Source of the DNA: an uncultured archaeon
Lineage (GTDB): Archaea; Iainarchaeota; Iainarchaeia; Iainarchaeales; Iainarchaeaceae
Direction of reading: 5' to 3'
DNA: 32,000 bases
NCBI GenBank assembly: GCA_964577555.1
Contig: CAZNZM010000004.1
Span: 55,300-87,299, forward strand
The stretch's first letter is position 1, and every line of letters starts with the position of its first letter. The translations under genes were made by a program, and so were the position numbers. Of this stretch, positions 1 through 8,052 are shown piece after piece. The notes below the pieces were generated by a model, which was not told the origin of the DNA, ran no database searches, and was given only the letters and a program-made list of their open reading frames with translations.

Positions 1-1
1 C

Positions 2-181
2 TCAGCATACATGTGGAACAGCAAAGACAAAACATGCTGGATATCAAGCGGAACATACCCAAACTGCACAGCAACAAAAGTATCAGAAGTAACAGCAGCA
101 AATAAATGTTGCGAAGATAACATTCTTAGCTTGTGCTCAGAAACAGAAACAAGAAGTGAATATAGACACACCAAAATATAA
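2..181 (+). CDS. C-terminal fragment of a pilin-like protein (5' end outside window); tandem paralog of the next gene
   Basis: Frame 2 is open from the window edge to TAA at 179-181. Its translation ...YMWNSKDKTCWISSGTYPNCTATKVSEV... aligns with ...YIWEVQTKKCWKCVGTYPNCTVDSITAT... of ORF 226-567 (shared CW-x3-GTYPNCT). Confidence 0.5.
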   Translation, partial: SAYMWNSKDKTCWISSGTYPNCTATKVSEVTAANKCCEDNILSLCSETETRSEYRHTKI

Positions 182-225
182 ATAATTAAAACCCCAAAAA
201 AACAAAAAAAAGGCGAACAAAAAAA

Positions 226-567
226 ATGAACACAAAAGCACAAGGAGCACTAGAATACCTACTACTAATCGGAGGAGCAGTAGTAGTAGCAGCAATAGCA
301 GTAATAATACTGCTAAATATAAGTGAAACAAGCTCAAAAAGCACTGAAATCACCCAAAAAGCAAGCATTTGCACAAGGTTTTCAGCATTAGACGGCTTAA
401 ACAACTGCCAAGTAAAAAACCAAGCAGGATTAAACACTAATTATATTTGGGAAGTACAAACAAAAAAATGCTGGAAATGCGTAGGAACATATCCGAACTG
501 CACAGTAGATTCCATAACAGCCACAGAGTTTCCTGATTGCGGCGCAGGAAACGCAAAAAAAATATAA
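226..567 (+). CDS. Archaeal type IV pilin-like protein with class III signal peptide
   Basis: The N-terminus MNTKAQGALEYLLLIGGAVVVAAIAVIILL has a short basic leader, then KA/Q with Glu at +5 and a hydrophobic helix. The C-terminal region is Cys-containing. A prepilin peptidase gene lies 600 bp downstream. Confidence 0.75.
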   Translation: MNTKAQGALEYLLLIGGAVVVAAIAVIILLNISETSSKSTEITQKASICTRFSALDGLNNCQVKNQAGLNTNYIWEVQTKKCWKCVGTYPNCTVDSITATEFPDCGAGNAKKI

Positions 568-598
568 ATTAAGAAAAACAATTATACTAACGATTATT

Positions 599-769
599 AT
601 GGACACAAAAGCGCAAGTTTCATTGGAATATTTGCTAACAATAATGTTCGCCCTAATTTTGGTAATAGCTGTTACGATAATAGCAATGAACATTTCAGAC
701 GTGGCAGACAAAGCACAACTCAAAGTAATTGAAAACAAACAAAACACAATAGCAACTTTAATGGGATAA
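599..769 (+). CDS. Small (56 aa) class III signal-peptide / pilin-like protein, below the ORF-track size cutoff
   Basis: Hand translation from ATG 599 gives MDTKAQVSLEYLLTIMFALILVIAVTIIAMNISDVADKAQLKVIENKQNTIATLMG, with TAA at 767-769. It has the same TKAQ-x3-E-YLL leader as ORF 226-567. A TATA-like aatataaatt sits about 33 nt upstream. Confidence 0.6.
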   Translation: MDTKAQVSLEYLLTIMFALILVIAVTIIAMNISDVADKAQLKVIENKQNTIATLMG

Positions 770-1185
770 AACCTGCAAAAAAACTAAAATTACAAAATGA
801 AAAATTTCCAAAAAATGACAAAAAATTGGCTTTGGCAAAACAAAAGACAAAAAAATAACTGAATTAAAAAAAAAACAAATTCAAAATAAAAAAACGCCTG
901 ACAAAAAAATAATCCAGCAAAGCAAATAAAAAACGCCTAAAAAATTTTGTTTTGAAAAACAAGGCAAAAAAACTTGGCTAAGCAAAAAAAATGAAAATTG
1001 TCCCGCCAAAAAAAACAAAAAAGCTTGACATAACAAAATCAAAGACAAAAAAACTTCTAAAAATAGGTCAAAAAAAAGGCAAAATTAATTTTTTTTAGAA
1101 AGCAAATTAATAGTTGGCAACCAAAATAATAAAACAAAAATCATGACAAGACAATTGACAAAAATAAAAAATAATTTTTCAAAAT
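770..1185 (+). repeat. Poly-A-dominated intergenic island with anchor-motif copies and short internal repeats
   Basis: TTGGC-TTTGGC is at 826-836 (preceded by aaaaaatgacaaaaaa), TTGGCT at 974-979 and TTGGCA at 1114-1119. aaaaacgcct occurs twice (about 889 and 928), aaagacaaaaaaa twice (about 843 and 1041), and tcccgccaaaaaaaa is at 1002-1016. A rare T8 run is at about 1089-1096. Confidence 0.6.
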
Positions 1186-2352
1186 TTGATTTTAGCAATT
1201 AATAAAATAACATTACAATTTTTTTATCTAATGCTTGAAATAGTATTTTTTATAATAACATTACTTGGCCTTGCCATTGCATCTTACACTGACATAAAAC
1301 AAAGATTGGTTACAAACAACCTTGTTTATGCAATGGCTTTTTCCGGAATTTGCCTGAAACTCTTTGAAGCGATTTTAACCGAAAATTTCGAAACTTTCTT
1401 TTTTTCTGTTTTGGCTGGAGTTATTGGCTTTGGCTTGGCTTATGTATTGTGGAAGCTAGGAGTATGGGCAGGCGGAGATGTAAAACTCGTTACAGCAATA
1501 GCCGTTCTAAATCCGATGAATTACAGGGTAATTGGCAACACAATTGAAATAAACAACCAGTTATTTTCAACTTACAACATTCCCGTATTTTCAGCCACGC
1601 TGATAATTTATTCAGCCCTCCTGGCTATGCCGATAGGAATTTTAATGGTATTATCGGCTTCTCTTAAGGACAAAAAAGCACTTGAAAAAGTAAAAGAAAA
1701 AATAAGCAACAAATTTTGGAATTTAATACAAATAGCGATTATTATGTCTGTAGCAAAGCACTTGTTTCAAATTTATAAAATTTGGGAAGTTTGGACAATA
1801 ATTGTTTTATTGATTTTTTTATTCACGCCTAAAAATTTCAAAAATTACATTACAATCATTTCAACAATACTTGCACTTTTGCTCTTTGGCGAAAAATTTC
1901 TAATAGATGCGATTATTTACTCAATTCCAATAATGCTTCTTTACACCATGATTTCATTGTATAACGAAAGCAAAAACAAGGCTTTCAAGGAAGAAATACA
2001 TGTTTCAAAAATTTATGAAGGAGCAATACCTGACAATTATATTGTCATAAAAGACAAAAAACTGGAAGTTGTTGAAAAACTGAACATAAAAAGAGTTATT
2101 AATCACTTAATGAATAATAGAATTGCTGAGGCTATTGAAGAAATAAACCCAAAGGAAAAAGTTTTTGCAAGCCCGCTGCAAGCAGGCGGCCTTAGCGAAG
2201 AACAAGTCAAGGAGCTAAAACAAAAGGCTGAAAAAGGAATGGCGCCAAAAACAATTGTTGTAAAAAAAACAATGGCTTTCGTACCAACTATAATGATTGC
2301 ATACATAATTCTTCAAATCACAGGAGATATGCTATGGACAATAATATTTTAA
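1186..2352 (+). CDS. A24-family prepilin/preflagellin peptidase (FlaK/PibD/EppA-like) with a large soluble insertion
   Basis: The protein is polytopic. The first catalytic Asp context is IASYTDIKQR and the GxGD-type second site is WAGGDVKLVTAIAVLNP. A charged segment of about 120 aa precedes the last TM helix (KKTMAFVPTIMIAYIIL). The track start at 1186 is TTG; ATG at 1231 (MLEIVFF) is an alternative. Confidence 0.8.
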   Translation: MILAINKITLQFFYLMLEIVFFIITLLGLAIASYTDIKQRLVTNNLVYAMAFSGICLKLFEAILTENFETFFFSVLAGVIGFGLAYVLWKLGVWAGGDVKLVTAIAVLNPMNYRVIGNTIEINNQLFSTYNIPVFSATLIIYSALLAMPIGILMVLSASLKDKKALEKVKEKISNKFWNLIQIAIIMSVAKHLFQIYKIWEVWTIIVLLIFLFTPKNFKNYITIISTILALLLFGEKFLIDAIIYSIPIMLLYTMISLYNESKNKAFKEEIHVSKIYEGAIPDNYIVIKDKKLEVVEKLNIKRVINHLMNNRIAEAIEEINPKEKVFASPLQAGGLSEEQVKELKQKAEKGMAPKTIVVKKTMAFVPTIMIAYIILQITGDMLWTIIF

Positions 2353-2873
2353 AGAAAACAAAAGGCCAAGCCACAATGGAATTTCTTTTAACCCTCGTAA
2401 TAGGATTAATTTACATAGTAATTATTGTCCAACCAAACGCCGAAATTGCAAGCAAATCAATGGAAGACACTGCAAACATGGCAAAACTCAGGATTTCGGC
2501 TGACAAAATAATCCAAACACTAAAACACGTTTCAATTTCAGGAGAAGGGACAAAAGAAACAATCCAAATAGTCATTCCAAAAGATGCAAACATTACTTGT
2601 GGAACGTTTTATCCTGGACAAACCACTTCAAACCCGCAAGAACCCAATTCAATAAGATTTACTTACAAAACCAAATCAACTGATGCAACAGGGCCGTGTG
2701 AAATAGACTTTGATTATCCAAACGAAGGCAAATTATGCACAAAATTAATACAAGCAGGATTCACGTTTAAATGCGAAACACCAATAATAAGCATTCCGGG
2801 AATATACAAAGCAACAATACAAAAAACAAACGAAACGCCACCAGTCAAACTAAATTTCGAGCTGATAGAATGA
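2334..2873 (+). CDS. Pilin-like protein, class III signal peptide (KG/Q type)
   Basis: The leader is MDNNILKKTKGQATMEFLLTLVIGLIYIVIIV, with Q at +1 and E at +5 after the KG site. AGGAG lies 7 nt upstream of the ATG. The gene overlaps the peptidase 3' end by 19 nt. Confidence 0.7.
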   Translation: MDNNILKKTKGQATMEFLLTLVIGLIYIVIIVQPNAEIASKSMEDTANMAKLRISADKIIQTLKHVSISGEGTKETIQIVIPKDANITCGTFYPGQTTSNPQEPNSIRFTYKTKSTDATGPCEIDFDYPNEGKLCTKLIQAGFTFKCETPIISIPGIYKATIQKTNETPPVKLNFELIE

Positions 2874-3286
2874 ACAAAATAAAAGGACAAGCATCAGTGG
2901 AAATCGTGATAGGCTTCTCAATAGTCACAATGATTACAATACTGATTCTTTTCAAATGGCTTTCCGGAACAGAAGAAATAAACCAGACTGTCGGAGCAAG
3001 ATTAGCCACAATAAAATTAAACGACCTAAACTTTGATTCAAACAAATTCATGTTAAAAGGCTTTGAAAAAGAAATAATAAAATGCACAACACCAAGCGGT
3101 ACAGAAAAAATAAAAATAATGGCAACAATTTATCCAAACCCGAACGGAACAAATTTTGAAAATGAAATAGCAAACGAAATAAAAAACAAAATAAACCTAA
3201 TCACGGGAAAACCCCAAAACGAAATAGACATATACCTTAACGATCCAATAAAAGCACACCAAGACAAAGAAGCAGGATGCATATAA
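2870..3286 (+). CDS. Pilin-like protein, class III signal peptide
   Basis: The internal Met of ORF 2771-3286 gives MNKIKGQASVEIVIGFSIVTMITILILF (KG/Q, E at +5). ATG 2870 overlaps the upstream TGA (ATGA coupling). Confidence 0.65.
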   Translation: MNKIKGQASVEIVIGFSIVTMITILILFKWLSGTEEINQTVGARLATIKLNDLNFDSNKFMLKGFEKEIIKCTTPSGTEKIKIMATIYPNPNGTNFENEIANEIKNKINLITGKPQNEIDIYLNDPIKAHQDKEAGCI

Positions 3287-3290
3287 TTTG

Positions 3291-3320
3291 TTCGTCAATC
3301 AACGAATTTTAATGTTTTTC
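3291..3320 (+). terminator. Candidate terminator: short hairpin followed by oligo-T runs
   Basis: TTCGT (3291-3295) and ACGAA (3302-3306) form an inverted repeat with a 6-nt loop. It is followed by tttt and ttttt runs, which are rare on this T-poor strand, and lies just after the stop at 3286. Confidence 0.3.
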
Positions 3321-3336
3321 TGTATAAAATAAAAAC

Positions 3337-3693
3337 ATGCAAATAACACCAAACAAACTAACAACAACAGGGCTAATAATTGGAACAATCGGATTAATCG
3401 CACTAATACTTCTTATCCCTGAACCAACCCATCTAAAACCATACGAAATCACAAAAGAAAAAGAAAACCAAATAACCACAACAACAGGCACAATAACCAA
3501 CCTCACAATAAAAAACGGAAACGCGTTTTTCACAATAACAAGCCAAGGAAGCACAAAAGCATTCTTTTACAAACCAAACAAAGAACAAATACAACTGCTC
3601 AAAGAAGGAAAAAAAATCCAAGCAACCGGCAAAATAGCAATTTACAAAGGACAACCAGAAATAATAATCCAAAGAGTGATAGAAATTGATTGA
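3337..3693 (+). CDS. Membrane-anchored OB-fold (tRNA_anti-like) domain protein
   Basis: An N-terminal TM helix (GLIIGTIGLIALILLI) is followed by a pattern typical of small OB-fold domains: TGTITNLTIKNGNAFFTITSQGSTKAFFYK...GKKIQATGKIAIYKGQPEIIIQRVIEI. Confidence 0.45.
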   Translation: MQITPNKLTTTGLIIGTIGLIALILLIPEPTHLKPYEITKEKENQITTTTGTITNLTIKNGNAFFTITSQGSTKAFFYKPNKEQIQLLKEGKKIQATGKIAIYKGQPEIIIQRVIEID

Positions 3694-4849
3694 AGAAATT
3701 CTAATGCTAATAACAGGAATCATTGCAGGAACAATAACAGGCTTAATACCGGGATTGCACTCAAACACAATTGCACTTATAACAGCAACACTCCCATACG
3801 GAAATCCAATAAGCAAAATAATTTTCATCACAGCAATGGGAATAACACACTCAATAATAGAAACAATACCAACAATAATGCTCGGCGCCTCAAACGAAAA
3901 CACCATTCAATTGCTGCCAGGACACAAAATGCTGATGAAAGGACAAGGAAACGAAGCAATAATAACCAGCATAGCCGGAGCTCTTTTCACAATAATTTTC
4001 ACAGCACTTTTAACGCCAATAGTATTCACATTTGCAAAAGAATTCAATTGGATTCTGCCAATAACCATACCAGCAATAATATTTGCAATAGCAACTTTCA
4101 TGATAATAAAAGAAAAAAACAAAATAACAGCAACAATAATTTTCATAACAACCGCATTATATGGCTTTTTTCTTCTTGAATCCGGAATAAATGAAATAAT
4201 CTTCGCGTTAATAATAGGTTTTTACGCAATGCCTGGATTAATAGAAACAATAATAACAAAAACCGAAATACCAAAACAAAGAAAAAAAACAAAATTAAAA
4301 CTCAACCCATACTTTTCATTTTTAACAGCAATAATATCATCAATAACATCAATGCTCCCCGCACTTGGACCAACACACGCCGCCTTTATAGCAAACAGCC
4401 TCAAAGGAAAACTAACAACAAAAGAATACTTGATGTTAAGCGGCGGAATAAGCACAGGAAACCTCTTTTACAGCATATTAATGCTATATGCACTTGGAAA
4501 AACAAGGTCAGGAGTTTCAATTGCAATAGAAAAAATAATGCAACCAAACTTGGAACAAATAATACTTATTCTAGTTGCAGCATTATCAGCAGCAGGATTC
4601 GCCTGCGCAATAGCAACAAAACTCGGATTAAAAATATTCGAATTAATAAAAAAAATAAATTACAAAAAAATAACAATAACAGTACTCTTTTTATGCGCAA
4701 CAATAGTCGCAATATTTTCAGGAATTTTAGGATTAATAGCTTGCATTTCTGCAACAGCAATAGGCTTGGCAACCATCAAAGCCAAAATTTCAAGGGCACA
4801 CTGCATGGGTTTCCTGTTAGCACCATCAACCGCCTTCTACCTAAAATAA
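3686..4849 (+). CDS. Polytopic membrane protein, TctA/DUF112-like (COG1784-type)
   Basis: The protein has about 10 hydrophobic segments. The N-terminal GIIAGTITGLIPGLHSNT resembles the GxxxGxxPG(L/I) start of the TctA family, recalled from memory. It overlaps the upstream gene by 8 nt. Confidence 0.4.
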   Translation: MIEEILMLITGIIAGTITGLIPGLHSNTIALITATLPYGNPISKIIFITAMGITHSIIETIPTIMLGASNENTIQLLPGHKMLMKGQGNEAIITSIAGALFTIIFTALLTPIVFTFAKEFNWILPITIPAIIFAIATFMIIKEKNKITATIIFITTALYGFFLLESGINEIIFALIIGFYAMPGLIETIITKTEIPKQRKKTKLKLNPYFSFLTAIISSITSMLPALGPTHAAFIANSLKGKLTTKEYLMLSGGISTGNLFYSILMLYALGKTRSGVSIAIEKIMQPNLEQIILILVAALSAAGFACAIATKLGLKIFELIKKINYKKITITVLFLCATIVAIFSGILGLIACISATAIGLATIKAKISRAHCMGFLLAPSTAFYLK

Positions 4850-4904
4850 TCCAAACAGCAAAATAAACCGTTTTTTAAACATTAAAACACCAAAATAATA
4901 AACA

Positions 4905-5267
4905 ATGTACTATATCAAACGCACAACAGCAGAATCAATCATAATGGCTGCAAAAAACGTCTATCCAAAAGAATTTTTCTCAATGCTTGGCGGAAAAAAC
5001 AAAACAATAGACGAATTAGTAATAGTGCCAGCAATATTCGGAAACGACTCAGTAATATACGAACCTGAATATGTTCCAATAATGGACAGAATAATAGGCA
5101 CTGTTCACTCACACCCGACAAAAAACAACGAACCTTCAAACGAAGACATACAATCTTTTAGAAAAACCGGAAAAATACACATAATCATTTCATACCCTTA
5201 CAATTTAAATACGATGAAAGCCTTCGATAATAACGGAAAACAAGTAAAATTAGAAGTGATAGAATGA
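4905..5267 (+). CDS. JAB1/MPN/Mov34 (JAMM) metalloprotease domain protein
   Basis: The JAMM motif H-x-H-x7-S-x2-D is present as GTVHSHPTKNNEPSNEDI. An upstream Glu (YPKEFFSMLGG) is also consistent with the family. Confidence 0.75.
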   Translation: MYYIKRTTAESIIMAAKNVYPKEFFSMLGGKNKTIDELVIVPAIFGNDSVIYEPEYVPIMDRIIGTVHSHPTKNNEPSNEDIQSFRKTGKIHIIISYPYNLNTMKAFDNNGKQVKLEVIE

Positions 5268-5959
5268 AAGAACCAAAAAAACTAGTGTTGCTAAGACATG
5301 GAAAAACTGAATTCAACATTGAAAAAAAATTTTGCGGATGGACAGACATAGAACTTGGAAAAACAGGAGAAAAAGAAGCCAAAGAAGCCGGAAAATTGCT
5401 TGCAGAAAACAACTACACATTTGATGTGTTTTACACATCTTTTCTCAAAAGAGCAATACAAACAACATGGATAATACAACAACAAACCGACTTGATGTGG
5501 ACACCACTAATAACCACTTGGAGGCTAAACGAAAGACATTACGGAGCATTACAAGGAATAAAACACGAAGAAATGGAAAAAAAATACGGAAAAGAACAAG
5601 TATTCCTATGGAGAAGAAGCTACAAAACAAAGCCACCACAACTGGAAAAAACAGACCCAAGAAACCCTGCAAACGAAACCAAATACAAAAACCTCAAACC
5701 AACACAAATACCCTTAGGAGAAAGCCTTGAAGACACAGTCAAAAGAGTCATACCTTACTGGAAAAAAGAAATAGCCCCAAACATAAAAAAAGGCAAAAAA
5801 ATACTTATATCTGCACATGGAAACAGCATAAGAGCCCTTGTGAAATACATTGAAAACATACCTGACGACGAAATACCAAAAGTAGAAATACCAACAGCAA
5901 AACCAATAATATACGAATTAGACAACAACCTCAAACTAATAAAAAAATACGACTTATAA
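5264..5959 (+). CDS. gpmA: 2,3-bisphosphoglycerate-dependent phosphoglycerate mutase
   Basis: Matching motifs are LVLLRHGKTEFNIEKKFCGWTDIEL (the RHG catalytic His motif), RLNERHYGALQG, VFLWRRSYKTKPP and ISAHGNSIRAL. There is an ATGA overlap with the JAMM gene. Confidence 0.9.
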   Translation: MKEPKKLVLLRHGKTEFNIEKKFCGWTDIELGKTGEKEAKEAGKLLAENNYTFDVFYTSFLKRAIQTTWIIQQQTDLMWTPLITTWRLNERHYGALQGIKHEEMEKKYGKEQVFLWRRSYKTKPPQLEKTDPRNPANETKYKNLKPTQIPLGESLEDTVKRVIPYWKKEIAPNIKKGKKILISAHGNSIRALVKYIENIPDDEIPKVEIPTAKPIIYELDNNLKLIKKYDL

Positions 5960-6263
5960 AAAAAACAAATAAACCAAAAAAAAAGAAAAAAAAGCCACAA
6001 TTCAAAAAAAATAGTTGACACGCAAAAAAAGAAACGAGTTGGAAAAATAAAGACAAAAAAAATAGTTGAATTAAAAAAAAAAGCTAACCAAAACAAACAA
6101 CCAAACAAAAAAACCTTAAAAAAAATTAACACACAAAAATTTAATTAAAAAAAAACGAATACAAAAGAAAAAAATAATAAGCAAAGCACATTTGCAAAAC
6201 CGGTTATTTTAACAAAGCAGAACCAAACGCTAATTTTATTATAACAAAACACATATAGGTTTT
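5960..6263 (+). repeat. Poly-A-dominated intergenic island with internal short repeats
   Basis: caaaaaaaatagttga occurs twice (about 6003 and 6053), and there is a weak copy of the anchor motif (aagctaaccaaaacaaacaac). No ORF is supported. Confidence 0.5.
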
Positions 6264-6272
6264 TTGACTAAA

Positions 6273-6701
6273 ATGAAAAAAAACAAAGGACAAATGAGCA
6301 TTGACATGTTATTGGCAATAATAATAGCACTACTACTAATAAGCACCATTGACATTTACACAAAAATACTGCAACAAGACACAAAACAAATTACGGAAAA
6401 AAACACAGCAAGGTCAATACTTCTAAAAGTCTACAATGCAACAGCAAACGCAAAAGCGTATGGACAAACAATAGACCTAAACGTTTTACAAGGAAACATG
6501 ACGGAAAAAAAAACAAACTGCGAAATAAGATTAGACAAAACAGATCCAAACAAACATTACATAAAAATAAAATACGAAAAAGAAGACGCAAATTACAGCG
6601 GCATTGACCTTGAAAATATTGAAATAGAATTCCCAAAAGGAACGAACAAAACCAACACAAACATACCTTGCAACAAACAAATCACAATAAAAACAAGCTA
6701 A
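6273..6701 (+). CDS. Pilin-like protein, class III signal peptide
   Basis: The leader is MKKNKGQMSIDMLLAIIIALLLISTI (KG/Q, Asp at +5). The track ORF begins at TTG 6264; ATG 6273 is preferred. Confidence 0.65.
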   Translation: MKKNKGQMSIDMLLAIIIALLLISTIDIYTKILQQDTKQITEKNTARSILLKVYNATANAKAYGQTIDLNVLQGNMTEKKTNCEIRLDKTDPNKHYIKIKYEKEDANYSGIDLENIEIEFPKGTNKTNTNIPCNKQITIKTS

Positions 6702-6716
6702 AAGGAACGGATAAAA

Positions 6717-7247
6717 ATGCAAAAAAAACAAAAAGCACAAATATTTTCATTAGACTTTATAATAGCCGCAGGACTTGTTGTACTCGCAATAGGCATGACA
6801 ATAAACTACTACGACATTGCATCAATTACAGGCAAAGAAGCAAGAATAAAAAACGAAATGACACTAATAGCAACAAACGCGGCAACAATACTTTTGGAAG
6901 CAAATCCTTGCAATCTGGAAAATGAATTCAAGGAACAAGGATACAAAATGGCCGGATGTTCAATAATAAATAACCAACCAGATAATGCAAACACAAAAGC
7001 AAAACTATTAATACCTGAAACATTCAATTGCTCAATAAAAAAAAACGGAACAACCAACCTTAACATAACAGGATGCAATTCAGACCCGCCGACAAGCGAA
7101 ATAGACATAGTTGCAATTGACAGAAATTTCACAACAATAAATAACTTTGAAATAAAAAAAAATGAATACGAAGAATGCATTGAAAATGGTTGCAGCGGAA
7201 TTTATTCAGACGAAGGAAACTGGATAACGGTGAGTATATGGAAATAA
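6717..7247 (+). CDS. Pilin-like protein, class III signal peptide
   Basis: The leader is MQKKQKAQIFSLDFIIAAGLVVLAIGMTI (KA/Q followed by a hydrophobic helix). It is the second gene of a tightly packed four-gene set. Confidence 0.6.
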   Translation: MQKKQKAQIFSLDFIIAAGLVVLAIGMTINYYDIASITGKEARIKNEMTLIATNAATILLEANPCNLENEFKEQGYKMAGCSIINNQPDNANTKAKLLIPETFNCSIKKNGTTNLNITGCNSDPPTSEIDIVAIDRNFTTINNFEIKKNEYEECIENGCSGIYSDEGNWITVSIWK

Positions 7248-7519
7248 AAGGAATGATATTCTCCCCAGACGCCATGCTTGGAATAGCAATAATAATACTC
7301 TTATTTTCCTCAATAACACTAACCACTTGGACGGAACCAAAAAAAGCATCGCAAAAAAACCTAACATACCAAAAAGCCACTGACGAAGCAATATGGCGAT
7401 TCTACACCAAAAGTACTGACAACACCATTCCAAACAACGAAGACTTAATCTGCGCCACCATAATAGAATTCTCAGATGCAACTGATGACATAACAACAAA
7501 GGTGAAAGTATGCAAATAG
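7238..7519 (+). CDS. Small pilin-like protein, class III signal peptide
   Basis: The internal Met of ORF 7190-7519 gives MEIKGMIFSPDAMLGIAIIILLFSSITL. GGTGAG lies 4 nt upstream. It overlaps the upstream gene by 10 nt. Confidence 0.5.
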   Translation: MEIKGMIFSPDAMLGIAIIILLFSSITLTTWTEPKKASQKNLTYQKATDEAIWRFYTKSTDNTIPNNEDLICATIIEFSDATDDITTKVKVCK

Positions 7520-8052
7520 GAAAAAAAGGAACTTTTGCATTAGCAATCACATTAATAGGAATAATAGCAATAATATTTGCAATAAACATACAAATACAAA
7601 ACAACTATACAAACAACGTTTTTTTAGAAACACAAGCGGCAAGAGAATTATCAATAAAACTGGAACAAACAACAAGAGTACTGGACAAAGCATTAACAGA
7701 TGCCATAAATGAAAACTTTGTAGGAAACGACTGCACTTTGCCGCCAGGACAAATAAACAACAATGAAGGAATAAAAGGCAAACTAAACAAAGTATTAGAT
7801 AAAATTTATGAAAAAACAGAAATCAAATGCTCAAAAATAGAAAATTTAAACGATGAAGATATGGCAAATGATGTATTACAAATCACAATAAGCAATTTAA
7901 ATTGCACAATAAAATTTGAAGGAATAGAAGTTTCCCAAGCAACAACTAAAAAATTCAAAAAGAAATTTTATAAAAATCCCCAAAACAACCAATGCATAAT
8001 AGAAGACTCAGTATCAAACTGCCAAGAAATACCAAATTTCAATTGCCCTTAA
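7510..8052 (+). CDS. Pilin-like protein, class III signal peptide
   Basis: The leader is MQIGKKGTFALAITLIGIIAIIFAINI (KKG/T plus a hydrophobic helix). AGGTGA lies 4-5 nt upstream. It overlaps the upstream gene by 10 nt. Confidence 0.5.
   Translation: MQIGKKGTFALAITLIGIIAIIFAINIQIQNNYTNNVFLETQAARELSIKLEQTTRVLDKALTDAINENFVGNDCTLPPGQINNNEGIKGKLNKVLDKIYEKTEIKCSKIENLNDEDMANDVLQITISNLNCTIKFEGIEVSQATTKKFKKKFYKNPQNNQCIIEDSVSNCQEIPNFNCP

Noticed and set aside
3686-4849. The polytopic membrane protein as the missing pilus platform (FlaJ/TadC/PilC).
   Set aside because: It is almost entirely hydrophobic with about 10 TM segments. It lacks the paired cytoplasmic helical T2SSF domains. Its N-terminus looks TctA/DUF112-like instead.
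4905-5959. Functional link between the JAMM protease and gpmA, suggested by their ATGA overlap.
   Set aside because: Overlaps are pervasive in this window regardless of function. No ubiquitin-like (SAMP) or E1-like gene is nearby. Coupling most likely reflects genome compaction only.
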